Shown here in pieces: positions 22,748 through 32,119 of a stretch of 64,000 nt of DNA. Each line of letters starts with the position of its first letter. The stretch's first letter is position 1. Origin of the DNA: Deltaproteobacteria bacterium. Lineage in GTDB: Bacteria > SAR324 > NAC60-12. Both the position numbers and the translations under genes were made by a program. The stretch spans positions 1-64,000 of the forward strand of contig JAYOTF010000007.1 in assembly GCA_038150265.1 (NCBI GenBank). Reading direction: 5' to 3'. The notes under the pieces are model-generated. The model was not told where the DNA came from and made no database searches. It worked only from the letters and a program-made list of their open reading frames with translations.

Positions 22748-23758
22748 ATGAAGAAGAAGGTTCGTTGGGGGGTACTGAGTACCGCAAAAATTGGACGTGA
22801 GAAGGTCATTCCGGCGATGCAGCAGAGCCCTACCGGAAAGATTCAGGCGCTCGCGAGCCGCGACCTGTCGAAGGCTCGGGCGGTGGCGGAGTCCCTGGAA
22901 ATTCCCAAGGCGTACGGATCTTATGAAGAGCTGCTGGCCGATCCGGAGATTGATGCGATCTACAACCCGCTGCCCAATCACCTGCATGTGCCGCTGACGA
23001 TCCAGGCGGCGCGCGCCGGCAAGCATGTGCTGTGCGAGAAGCCCATTGCCCTGAACGCCGAAGAAGCCAAGGAGCTGATGGTGGTGCAGCAGGAGACGTC
23101 TGTCCTCATCGTTGAAGCCTTCATGGTCCGCTCTCATCCGCAGTGGAAGTGGGTCCGGGACCGCGTGGAAGCGCGCGACATCGGGGACCTCCGGGCGATC
23201 CAGGGGGTGTTTTCCTACTTCAACGATGACCCGGAGAATGTCCGGAACCAGGCCGACATCGGGGGCGGAGGCATCTATGACATTGGCTGCTACCCGGTGG
23301 TGATCAGCCGCTACCTGTTCAACGAGGAGCCCGACTCCGTGGCCGCCATCGTTCAGCGCGACCCGCAGTTCGGCACCGACCGCCTGGCCTCCGCGCTGCT
23401 CCGGTTTCCTTCCGGTGGCCAGGCGAGTTTCCTCTGCAGCACCCAGCTGGTGCCTTATCAGCGGATTCAGGTTTATGGCTCGAAGCGCCGCATTGAGGTC
23501 GAGATCCCCTTCAATGCCCCCGGAGATCACCCCAGCCGCGTGTTCATGGACGAGGGACGGTTTCCGCATGACCGCTTCCGGACCATTACCGACTTTCCGG
23601 CGGTCAACCAGTACACCGAGCAGGCCATTGCCTTTGAGGAGCGGGTGCTCAAGAGCCACATCGATTCCGGACCCGTGCGGGACGCCATTGCGAACATGAA
23701 GGTCATTGATGCCCTCTACCGCGCTGGTGAGTCCGGAGCCTGGGAAGCCGTAGGCTGA
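22748..23758 (+). CDS. Gfo/Idh/MocA family NAD(P)-dependent oxidoreductase
   Basis: WGVLSTAKIG, GKHVLCEKP, GGGGIYDIGCY. Confidence 0.92.
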   Translation: MKKKVRWGVLSTAKIGREKVIPAMQQSPTGKIQALASRDLSKARAVAESLEIPKAYGSYEELLADPEIDAIYNPLPNHLHVPLTIQAARAGKHVLCEKPIALNAEEAKELMVVQQETSVLIVEAFMVRSHPQWKWVRDRVEARDIGDLRAIQGVFSYFNDDPENVRNQADIGGGGIYDIGCYPVVISRYLFNEEPDSVAAIVQRDPQFGTDRLASALLRFPSGGQASFLCSTQLVPYQRIQVYGSKRRIEVEIPFNAPGDHPSRVFMDEGRFPHDRFRTITDFPAVNQYTEQAIAFEERVLKSHIDSGPVRDAIANMKVIDALYRAGESGAWEAVG

Positions 23759-23765
23759 GCCCGCA

Positions 23766-24311
23766 ATGCCTGCTCTGCTGACCTTTGTCACCTCCAACGA
23801 AAACAAGCGCCGCGAGCTGGAAGCCCTGCTGGAGCAGCCGCTTGGCAAGGTGGCGCTTGACCTGGAGGAAATTCAGACGTCGGTGCTGGAGGACATCACC
23901 CGGCACAAGCTCGTAGCGGCCTTTCGGCAGGTTCAGGGGCCGGTGGTGGTGGAAGACACGTCTCTGTACTTTGAGGCGTGGAACGAGCTTCCGGGGCCGC
24001 TCATCAAGTGGTTTTTGCAGAACCTTGGGGTGGAGGGGCTGGTGCAGGCGCTCGCCCCGTTTGAGAACTTCCGGGCCACCGCCGTGTGCTGCATGGGCTA
24101 CACGGAAGACGGAGAGGCGCTGCACCTCTTCCGGGGAACCGTCGCCGGAACCATTGTGCCGCCCCGAGGGTCGCGGGCATTTGGGTGGGACCCTCTGTTT
24201 CAGCCGGAAGGCGAAACGCGCACTTTCGGAGAAATGACGCCCGCTGAAAAGGGAGCGTGGTCCATGCGGGCCCGGGCGGCCCAGCAGCTCAGGCAGTTCC
24301 TCCAGCCGTAG
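23766..24311 (+). CDS. non-canonical purine NTP pyrophosphatase (Ham1/ITPase family)
   Basis: FVTSNENK, VEDTSL, PGPLIKWFL, FGWDPLFQP, SMR. Confidence 0.92.
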   Translation: MPALLTFVTSNENKRRELEALLEQPLGKVALDLEEIQTSVLEDITRHKLVAAFRQVQGPVVVEDTSLYFEAWNELPGPLIKWFLQNLGVEGLVQALAPFENFRATAVCCMGYTEDGEALHLFRGTVAGTIVPPRGSRAFGWDPLFQPEGETRTFGEMTPAEKGAWSMRARAAQQLRQFLQP

Positions 24312-25926
24312 CCGGGGGCTCCGGAAGCTCCCGTCCAAAGGCGGCCCGGAACAGCTCCTGCGTGTAAGGCTGTTGCGGGTGATGCAGCAGCTCTTCCGTG
24401 GGACCGGCCTCCACCACCACGCCTTCCTTCATGACCAAAATCTCATGACACAGCGCCCGCACGACCTTGAGGTCGTGACTGATGAAGAGGTAGGTCAGCT
24501 GCCGGCGGCGCTGCAGCTCCCGGAGCAGGTCCAGCACCTGAGACTGGACGGAGCGGTCCAGCGAAGAGGTGGGCTCGTCGAGCAGCAGAAACTCCGGCTC
24601 CAGCACCAGCGCCCGGGCGATGGCCACCCGCTGCCGCTGTCCACCCGAAAACTCGTGAGGGTAGCGGTGCCGTGCCTCCGGGTCCAGCCCCACCTCTTCG
24701 AGTGCCTGAATCACCTGCTGCTCCCGGGTTTCCGGGGTGCCCCAACCGTGTACCTCCAGCCCTTCTGCAACAATCTGTCCCACTGACATCCGTGGGCTCA
24801 GGCTGCCATACGGATCCTGAAACACCACCTGCATTTCCCGGCGAAGGGGCTTCATCTGCTTCTGGGTCAGCGAAGCCAGGTCGGTTCCGGAAAAGCTCAG
24901 GCGCCCGGTGCTGGAGACGAGCTTCAGCAGCGCCAGCCCCAGGGTGGACTTTCCGGAGCCGCTTTCGCCGACGACCCCCAGGCTGTGGCCGCGCTTGAGG
25001 GTGAAGGAAAGGCCGTCCACCGCTTTGACGTGGCCCACGGTCCGTTTGAGCAGTCCTCGCTGAATGGGAAACCACACCCGGAGGTCTTCGGCTTCCACCA
25101 GCGTGGGGGCCTCCGGAGGGGCTGGAGTGGGAGTGCCTGAGGGTTCAGCGTCAAGAAGCCGCTGGGTGTAGGGGTGCTGAGGGGTGGTGAAGAGGGGCTC
25201 GGTGGCTGCTTGCTCAACGAGCTGTCCCTGCGTCATCACGGCGACGCGCTCGGCGTACTGACGAACAATCCCGAGGTCGTGCGTGATCAGCAGCAGCGCC
25301 ATGCCCAGTTGCTGCTGCAGACGCTGGATGAGCTGCAGCACCTGCTCCTGCACGGTCACATCGAGGGCGGTGGTGGGCTCGTCAGCAATGAGCAGCCTGG
25401 GCTCATTGGCCAGGGCCATGGCGATCATCACCCGTTGCCGCTGCCCGCCAGAAAGCTGGTGCGGGTAGGCGCTCAGGCGCTGTTCCGGCTGCGGGATCTC
25501 CACTTGCTCCAGCAACTCCAGCACTCGGTTCCGGGTCTGGGTGCGGCTCAGGCCCTGGTGGAGGAGCAGCATCTCGCCGAGCTGCTTCTCAATCGTGTGC
25601 AGCGGATTGAGGCTGGTCATGGGCTCCTGAAAGATCATCCCGATCTCGCTTCCCCGGATCTGCCGGATGCGTCGGTCGGAGGCCTGGAGGAGGTCCTCTC
25701 CGTGGAAGTGGATGCTCCCGGAAGGGTGGTGGGCAGAGGAGGGCAGCAGGCGCATGATGGAGTGCGCCGTCACAGACTTTCCGGATCCGCTTTCACCGAC
25801 GAGCGCCAGCGTCTCTCCGGCGTGCAGCGTCAGGGAGACGCCTCGGACAGCCTGCGTTTCCTGGGCGCCCTGGCGGAAGGAGACCGCGAGGTTGTGGAGG
25901 TCCAGCAAGGGGCGGGCGTTTGACAT
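24289..25926 (-). CDS. yejF: peptide ABC transporter ATP-binding protein with duplicated ATPase domains (YejF-like)
   Basis: two GESGSGKS and two SGGQRQR motifs; FQEPMTSLNPLHTIEKQ. Confidence 0.88.
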   Translation of the reverse strand: MSNARPLLDLHNLAVSFRQGAQETQAVRGVSLTLHAGETLALVGESGSGKSVTAHSIMRLLPSSAHHPSGSIHFHGEDLLQASDRRIRQIRGSEIGMIFQEPMTSLNPLHTIEKQLGEMLLLHQGLSRTQTRNRVLELLEQVEIPQPEQRLSAYPHQLSGGQRQRVMIAMALANEPRLLIADEPTTALDVTVQEQVLQLIQRLQQQLGMALLLITHDLGIVRQYAERVAVMTQGQLVEQAATEPLFTTPQHPYTQRLLDAEPSGTPTPAPPEAPTLVEAEDLRVWFPIQRGLLKRTVGHVKAVDGLSFTLKRGHSLGVVGESGSGKSTLGLALLKLVSSTGRLSFSGTDLASLTQKQMKPLRREMQVVFQDPYGSLSPRMSVGQIVAEGLEVHGWGTPETREQQVIQALEEVGLDPEARHRYPHEFSGGQRQRVAIARALVLEPEFLLLDEPTSSLDRSVQSQVLDLLRELQRRRQLTYLFISHDLKVVRALCHEILVMKEGVVVEAGPTEELLHHPQQPYTQELFRAAFGRELPEPPATAGGTA

Positions 25927-25927
25927 G

Positions 25928-26962
25928 TCAGGATCCAGGCTGGTGACGGGGGTCCAGGGCGTCTCGGACGCCTTCCCCGATGAAGATCAGCAGGCTCAGC
26001 TGCAGAGCCAGCACCACGAAAGCGGTGATGCCCAGCCACGGCGCCTGCAGGTTGGCCTTGCCCTGTGCCAGCAATTCTCCGAGCGACGGCGACCCCGGAG
26101 GCAGTCCGAAGCCCAGGAAGTCCAATGCCGTGAGGGTGGTGATGGACCCTGCGAGGATGAAGGGCATGAAGGTCAGGGTGGCGACCATGGCATTGGGGAG
26201 GATGTGCCGGACCATCACCCGGGCGTCCCCCATTCCCAGCGCTTGAGCTGCACGGACGTACTCGAAGTTCCGGCCCCGGAGGTACTCGGCCCGGACGACC
26301 CCAACGAGCCCCATCCAGCTGAAGAGGAGCATCAGCCCCAGCAGCCACCCGAAGCTGGGCTGGACGAAGTTTGCCAGGATGATGAGCATGAACAGCTGCG
26401 GAAGTCCGGACCAGATTTCAATGAAGCGCTGCCCCGCGAGGTCGATGGCCCCGCCGTAAAAACCCTGAACGGCTCCGACGGCGATGCCAATGAGGGAGCT
26501 GAAGACCGTCAGCAGCAGTCCAAACAGCACCGAGATGCGGAACCCGTAGATCAGCCGCGCCAGCACGTCGCGCCCCTGGTCATCGGTGCCCAGCCAGTTG
26601 GTGGCGGTCGGAGGCGAGGGAGCGGGTGAAGGGAGGTCGTAGCTGACGGTGTCGTAGCTGAAGCGGATCGGTGGCCAGAGCATCCAGCCACCTTGTTCGG
26701 TGATCAACTCGGTGACGTAGGGGTCCCGGTAGTCGGCTTCAGTGGCAAACTCGCCTCCGAAGGTCGTTTCGGCGTACTCCACAAAGGTCGGAAAGTACCA
26801 CTCGCCCTGAAGGGCAATGAAGACCGGCTTGTCGTTCGCCAGCACTTCGGCCATCAGCGTTCCGATGAACAGCACCAGGAAGATCCAGAGGGACCAGACG
26901 CTGCGGCGGTTTTTGCGAAACACCTCCAGGCGGCGTTGAGCCAGCGGGTTGAGTCGAAGCAT
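25928..26962 (-). CDS. yejE: peptide ABC transporter permease (YejE-like)
   Basis: WLGTDDQGRDVLARLIYGFRIS, LDFLGFGLPPGSPSLGELL; ATG at 26962. Confidence 0.88.
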   Translation of the reverse strand: MLRLNPLAQRRLEVFRKNRRSVWSLWIFLVLFIGTLMAEVLANDKPVFIALQGEWYFPTFVEYAETTFGGEFATEADYRDPYVTELITEQGGWMLWPPIRFSYDTVSYDLPSPAPSPPTATNWLGTDDQGRDVLARLIYGFRISVLFGLLLTVFSSLIGIAVGAVQGFYGGAIDLAGQRFIEIWSGLPQLFMLIILANFVQPSFGWLLGLMLLFSWMGLVGVVRAEYLRGRNFEYVRAAQALGMGDARVMVRHILPNAMVATLTFMPFILAGSITTLTALDFLGFGLPPGSPSLGELLAQGKANLQAPWLGITAFVVLALQLSLLIFIGEGVRDALDPRHQPGS

Positions 26963-27149
26963 GGGGGCCAGAACCTGAAATCCGGAGTCGGGTGCCAAGT
27001 CACTCAGGAGGACGCCTCCTGCAGAATGGGGAAGTTGTTATCTTTAAGCATCCCGTCCATCTCGTCAAGGGACGTGCTGCTTTTGGTTTGAGCTTCCGGA
27101 GGGAATTTGCGAAGCTCTGGACCAGAGTGCCTGGTGAATTTTTGACTTT

Positions 27150-27602
27150 ATGAACGTGTTTGGTATGCAGAAGCTCCACATCCCTAAAGACGCCCGCGCC
27201 ACCTTCACCCTGCTCACCGAATCAGGACACCACCGCTTTGCGTGGCTGCTGGCCTGCGACCTGGTGCAGGAAGAGGCACGCAACCTGCTGTTCCACAAGC
27301 GAGCGCAGGAAGGCTGGCTGACGGACCATGAGGCGCAGACGCGTCGGGTGGAGTTCCGATGCTGCTACACCGCCTCGTATGTGAACCGCCTGGACCTCTG
27401 GCCGGAGACGATCCGGGAGCTGGAGCAAGCGGGCATCCTCACCAAAGAGCAGGTCTCGCCGCTGCTGGCACTCGAAGGCACGCGAGCCCAGCTCCTGCGT
27501 CGGGACCACTGGGAGGCCCAGCAGGTAGACGCCGCTGCCGCGCAGGCGGTGTGGCAACTGCTGGAAGACCTGACCCACTCTGAAGAACAACTCGAAGCCT
27601 GA
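27150..27602 (+). CDS. hypothetical protein
   Basis: ORF divergent from yejE with typical codon usage; start 27150 or 27165. Confidence 0.65.
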   Translation: MNVFGMQKLHIPKDARATFTLLTESGHHRFAWLLACDLVQEEARNLLFHKRAQEGWLTDHEAQTRRVEFRCCYTASYVNRLDLWPETIRELEQAGILTKEQVSPLLALEGTRAQLLRRDHWEAQQVDAAAAQAVWQLLEDLTHSEEQLEA

Positions 27603-27610
27603 AGAAGCCC

Positions 27611-28258
27611 ATGCGTTGGACCCCCCTGGTGTCCCTGATCCTCCTCCACAGCATGTGGACCCCGGTGCACGCCGTGGACCCTCGTGAGGTGCAGGAAGCG
27701 GTGCGCCAGACCACGCTCCGGGCCCCCGTGGAAAATTCCTACTACCAGCCACCACCCGCCTTCAGTGGCGGAACGACCACCCGAGAAGCCGATACCATGG
27801 CCCGGCAGTCGCACCTCTGGAAGCGGCTTCAGGGCGAAGAAAAAGCGGTGGAAGGCCGGGTGGCCGGCAACCTGAGGCGCTACACCATCCGCCTGGGCAA
27901 AGCTGCCGAGAAAGAAAACACCGATCCCATCTTCGTCAAGCCCCGGAACCCCCGGGAAGACGCCCTGCAGGCCAACCGGGGCAAGGTTGATGTGGACGCC
28001 CGAGACCGGCGTCCGGATCCGAGCATGTTCATCCGGGTCCCGATCCAACCCAAAACCCGCCGCTTTTCTCCAGAGTACGAGCAGTCCGGACGCGACGCCC
28101 AGAAGATGGCTGGCTCCCGGCCCGGGCAGCTTCCGGGAGAGACGCTGGAGGAGTACCAGAAGCGCATTGGCCGTGCGGTGAAGCGCGAAGCCCGCAAGCC
28201 CACGCCGTTTTATGAAGACCGCTTCGACCTGAACAACTTCAGCAACAACGCCAACTGA
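27611..28258 (+). CDS. hypothetical secreted protein
   Basis: signal peptide ending VHA; highly charged mature region. Confidence 0.65.
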   Translation: MRWTPLVSLILLHSMWTPVHAVDPREVQEAVRQTTLRAPVENSYYQPPPAFSGGTTTREADTMARQSHLWKRLQGEEKAVEGRVAGNLRRYTIRLGKAAEKENTDPIFVKPRNPREDALQANRGKVDVDARDRRPDPSMFIRVPIQPKTRRFSPEYEQSGRDAQKMAGSRPGQLPGETLEEYQKRIGRAVKREARKPTPFYEDRFDLNNFSNNAN

Positions 28259-28291
28259 CAGCCCCCGGGCTGTCTCCGCCCCACTCCTTCC

Positions 28292-29839
28292 ATGCCCACC
28301 ACCCTCCGAGGCAAGCTCCTGCTGGTCTTTTACGTGGGGGTGCTGTTGACGGTCTCCGGCTTCGGAGCCATCTACCTGCTGGTTCGTGATCACCAGACCC
28401 TGACCGAACAAAGCCTGGAGCTTCCGGAAGCCACGGCGCTCTGGGGGCAGCTGGATGCTGCAGTGGAACGCTCGCAGGTGCTCCTCCGAGACGTCGTGCA
28501 GCAGCAGCAGCCCCCGGACGTGCTGGCCCAGCAGTGGAACACGGAGGTGGAGTCAACGCTGGAGCGCATTCAGCAGCTCTATCGACGAGATCGTGTCTGG
28601 CAGGAGGAGCGAGCGGTCGAGACCCGGACCCTCTATGACACGCGCCTCCTCCTCCGGAGCCTGCAGGGCTTGCAGGAGGAAGTCGGCCGGGCCGCTCCGG
28701 AGGCCGCCTCCGTCCGCCTCCGAGACGAAGTGGAGCCCCTGGTCCGCGAAGTCCGGGGCTCCATGGCCAGCTTGATTCGGCAGCAGCTCGACCTCTCACG
28801 CAGCAACCTCCGGGACCTGCAGCGCAACCTGCTGGAGCTGAATGCCCGCATGGGGGCCGCGGCCCTGCTGATGCTCCTTGGGCTGTCGCTGCTGGCGTGG
28901 GTGCTGGCGAAGCAGGTGGTGAATCCGCTCCGGACCCTTCAGCAGGCGATCCGGCAGTTCAAGGAGGACCGGCTTCAGGGTCAGCTCAACCTCAAGCGGC
29001 AGAACGATGAGATCGGTGACCTGGCCGAGGAGTTTGAGCAGATGGCTGCGGCCATTCAAGACCGGACCCGGCAGCTGGAGCGCTCGCACGAGGAGCTCTC
29101 TCAGGCGTACCGCGACCTCAACGGCGCCACGCAGGCCCGGAGCGAGTTCTTTGCCGGCATGTCCCACGACCTCCGGACCCCCCTCAATGCCATCATCGGT
29201 TTTGCCGATGCCCTGCTTCAGGAAAGTCCGGACGACCCCCTCACACCGTATCAGGCCGATCGCCTCGGACGCATCCTCAAGAGTGGTCGGCAGCTGCTGG
29301 AGATGCTCAACGCCCTCCTGGACCTTTCCAAGATCGAGGCCGGCCGCATGCCCCTGCATCCGGAGCGCTTCAACCTGACGCAGTGCCTGCGGGAGACGGT
29401 TCAGCTGCTGGAGCCGCTGATGCACCAGAAGCAACTCAGCTGTGACCTCACGGCGGCAGCCGACCCCTGGTGGTGCCACACCGATGAAGGGAAGGTGCGG
29501 CAGATTGTGCAAAACCTGCTGGGCAACGCCATCAAGTTTACGCCCAATGGGGGAGCCCTGCAGGTGCTCGCTGTCGCCGAAGGAGAGTGGGTCCGCCTGC
29601 AGGTGGTCGACTCGGGCATCGGCATTCCGGATTCCGAGCAGGAGCGGGTGTTTGACCTCTTCCGTCAGGTGGAAGACCGGAGCCGTTCGCACCAGGGCAG
29701 CGGACTCGGCCTGGCGCTGGTCCGGAGCATGACCGACCTGCTGGAAGGGACGGTGTCGCTGAAGAGCGACGAGGGCGTGGGGTCCACCTTCACCGTCCGC
29801 TTCCCTGCGGTTCACCCCCAAACCCTGAGCACACGCTGA
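28292..29839 (+). CDS. membrane sensor histidine kinase (2 TM, HAMP, HisKA, HATPase)
   Basis: H-box MSHDLRTPLNAIIGF, N-box NLLGNAIKFT, DSGIGI, GSGLGL; no adjacent response regulator. Confidence 0.93.
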   Translation: MPTTLRGKLLLVFYVGVLLTVSGFGAIYLLVRDHQTLTEQSLELPEATALWGQLDAAVERSQVLLRDVVQQQQPPDVLAQQWNTEVESTLERIQQLYRRDRVWQEERAVETRTLYDTRLLLRSLQGLQEEVGRAAPEAASVRLRDEVEPLVREVRGSMASLIRQQLDLSRSNLRDLQRNLLELNARMGAAALLMLLGLSLLAWVLAKQVVNPLRTLQQAIRQFKEDRLQGQLNLKRQNDEIGDLAEEFEQMAAAIQDRTRQLERSHEELSQAYRDLNGATQARSEFFAGMSHDLRTPLNAIIGFADALLQESPDDPLTPYQADRLGRILKSGRQLLEMLNALLDLSKIEAGRMPLHPERFNLTQCLRETVQLLEPLMHQKQLSCDLTAAADPWWCHTDEGKVRQIVQNLLGNAIKFTPNGGALQVLAVAEGEWVRLQVVDSGIGIPDSEQERVFDLFRQVEDRSRSHQGSGLGLALVRSMTDLLEGTVSLKSDEGVGSTFTVRFPAVHPQTLSTR

Positions 29840-29959
29840 GCGCCAGTTTCGGTTGGACTGTTTCCGGGTTTATCCGATAATGTCCGTTTTTCACCACCAG
29901 GCGGCGGCGACCGTCCCTTGACCTCTGGCCTCTTTGCAGAGGCCCATCGACTGAACCCC

Positions 29960-32098
29960 ATGAGTCACGCTACCTTTACCACGTCCGGAGGCATCCGGGT
30001 TGAGAAGTCCACCACTCCGCTGGATGAGCAGCACGCCCTGGATCAGGTCTATCAGTACATTGACACCCACAAGGGCGCTCTCTTTGTCAGCAACTACGAG
30101 GTGCCCGATCGGTACTCCCGGTGGGACCTGGGCTTCATTCATCCGGCACTGGAGCTGGTGGGCCGGCAGCGGCGCTTTGAAATCAATGCCCTCAACCCCA
30201 ATGGCCAGAAGCTCCTGCTCCTGATTGTCCCGGTGCTTCGGGACAACCCGCACCTGTATGAGCTGAAGGTGACGGATCAGCAGATTCTGGGCGAGGTGCG
30301 GCCGATGCCGGATTTCTTCCCAGAGGAGGAACGGAGCCGGCAGCCCAGCGTCTTTTCGGTGATCCGGAGCATCTATGAGCTGTTTCAGAGCGAGGATTCC
30401 TACCTGGGACTCTACGGAGCCTTTGGCTATGACCTGGTGTTTCAGTTTGAGCAGATTCAGCAGCGGCATGCCCGGGACCCCGAGCAGGTGGACTGCCACC
30501 TCTTTCTCCCGGTGGAACTGGTGGCCGTGGACCGTCAGCGCGAAGAAGCCTTTCTGCTGCAGTACCGCATCCACACCCCAGATGGGCTGACCGAAAGCTG
30601 GTGGAACACCGGAGAGCCGATTGCGCGTGTGCTGGGGGTGGCCGATGGGGAAATCCGCAGCGACCATGAGCCCGGGACGTTTCAGGGGAAGGTGGAGCAG
30701 GTGCGGCAGGGGTGCCAGCGTGGGGACTTCTTTGAGGTGGTGCTCTCGCAGGCGTTTTCCACCGGCTTCGACCGAGCGCCCTCTGAGCTGTTCCGGCGCA
30801 TCTGCGAACGCAATCCCAGCCCCTACAGCTTCCTCATCAACCTCGGAGACGAACAGCTGGTGGGCGCTTCGCCTGAAATGTACGTCCGGGTGAAGGGAAA
30901 CCGCTTTGAGACGAGCCCGATCTCCGGAACCGTTGCGGTGGGGAAGGACCCGATGGAAACGGCTGAGCGCATCAAGGAGCTGATTTCGTCGGAGAAGGAT
31001 GAGTCGGAGCTGACGATGTGCACCGATGTGGACCGCAACGACATGGCTCGGGTCTGCAAGCCCGGGACGGTGAAGCTGATTGGGCGCCGCATGCTCGAGC
31101 AGTACTCCCGCCTCATTCACACCGTGGATCACGTTGAAGGCGAACTGCGGGAGGATCGGGACGCGCTGGATGCCATTTTGACGCACATGTGGGCCTGCAC
31201 CCTCACGGGCTCACCGAAGCCGATTGCGATGCAGACCATTGAGAACCTCGAAAACTCCCCCCGGCGCTGGTATGGCGGCTGTGTCGGGTTCCTGTGGTTC
31301 AACGGCTACGTCAGCACCGGGATGACCCTCCGGACCGTCCACCTGCAAAGCGGACAGGCGACCGTGCGGGCAGGGGCCACGCTGCTGTATGAATCCGATC
31401 CGGAAGCCGAGGAGCAGGAAACCCGCATCAAGGCTTCAGCATTTCTGGAAGCCACCCTCGGGAAGGCGAATGCGGCACTGGAGGTGAACGAAGGGCTGCC
31501 CAAGACGGGGGAAGGCAAGCGGGTGCTGTTTGTGGACTTTCAGGACAGCTTTGTCCACACGCTCGCCAGCTACGTCCGGCAGACTGGCGCCGAAGTGATC
31601 ACGCTCCGGGCCGGGTTCCCGGTGGAGCAGCTGGATGCCCTCCAGCCCAACCTGGTCTTTCTGTCTCCCGGACCCCTGACCCCAGCCGACCAGAAGGTTC
31701 CGGAGCTGGTGGGCGAGTGTGTGCAGCGCGAGCTTCCGCTGTTTGGCGTGTGTCTCGGGCATCAGGGCATTTCCGAGTACTTTGGTGCCAAGCTCGATAC
31801 CTTTCCGGTGCCGTTCCATGGGAAGTCGGCGGAGATCCGGCACCACCGGCAGGGCATCTTCACGGGGCTTCCGGACCCCTTTGCGGCTGCGCGTTACCAC
31901 AGCCTCTACGTCCGGCGAGAGACGCTTCCGGCAAAGCTGACCATCACTGCGACCACTGAAGACGGGGTGATCATGGGAATTCGGCACAGCGTCCTGCCGA
32001 TTGCGTCCGTGCAGTTCCATCCGGAATCAATCCTCACCCTCAAGGAGCAGTCCGGACTGCGCCTCATCCACAACGTGCTGCACGAGCTCTGTTCATAG
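29960..32098 (+). CDS. trpE: fused anthranilate synthase component I/II (TrpE-TrpG)
   Basis: NPSPY, GASPE, SPISGT, GSPK in the synthase domain; LSPGP, GVCLGHQ, QFHPES in the glutamine amidotransferase domain. Confidence 0.92.
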   Translation: MSHATFTTSGGIRVEKSTTPLDEQHALDQVYQYIDTHKGALFVSNYEVPDRYSRWDLGFIHPALELVGRQRRFEINALNPNGQKLLLLIVPVLRDNPHLYELKVTDQQILGEVRPMPDFFPEEERSRQPSVFSVIRSIYELFQSEDSYLGLYGAFGYDLVFQFEQIQQRHARDPEQVDCHLFLPVELVAVDRQREEAFLLQYRIHTPDGLTESWWNTGEPIARVLGVADGEIRSDHEPGTFQGKVEQVRQGCQRGDFFEVVLSQAFSTGFDRAPSELFRRICERNPSPYSFLINLGDEQLVGASPEMYVRVKGNRFETSPISGTVAVGKDPMETAERIKELISSEKDESELTMCTDVDRNDMARVCKPGTVKLIGRRMLEQYSRLIHTVDHVEGELREDRDALDAILTHMWACTLTGSPKPIAMQTIENLENSPRRWYGGCVGFLWFNGYVSTGMTLRTVHLQSGQATVRAGATLLYESDPEAEEQETRIKASAFLEATLGKANAALEVNEGLPKTGEGKRVLFVDFQDSFVHTLASYVRQTGAEVITLRAGFPVEQLDALQPNLVFLSPGPLTPADQKVPELVGECVQRELPLFGVCLGHQGISEYFGAKLDTFPVPFHGKSAEIRHHRQGIFTGLPDPFAAARYHSLYVRRETLPAKLTITATTEDGVIMGIRHSVLPIASVQFHPESILTLKEQSGLRLIHNVLHELCS

Positions 32099-32119
32099 GC
32101 GCCGTGAGCCGCTGAAGTC

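Noticed and set aside
29840..29959. possible trp attenuator leader upstream of trpE(G)
   Set aside because: Tandem TGG codons occur only on the opposite strand; no Trp-rich leader peptide or terminator on the coding strand.
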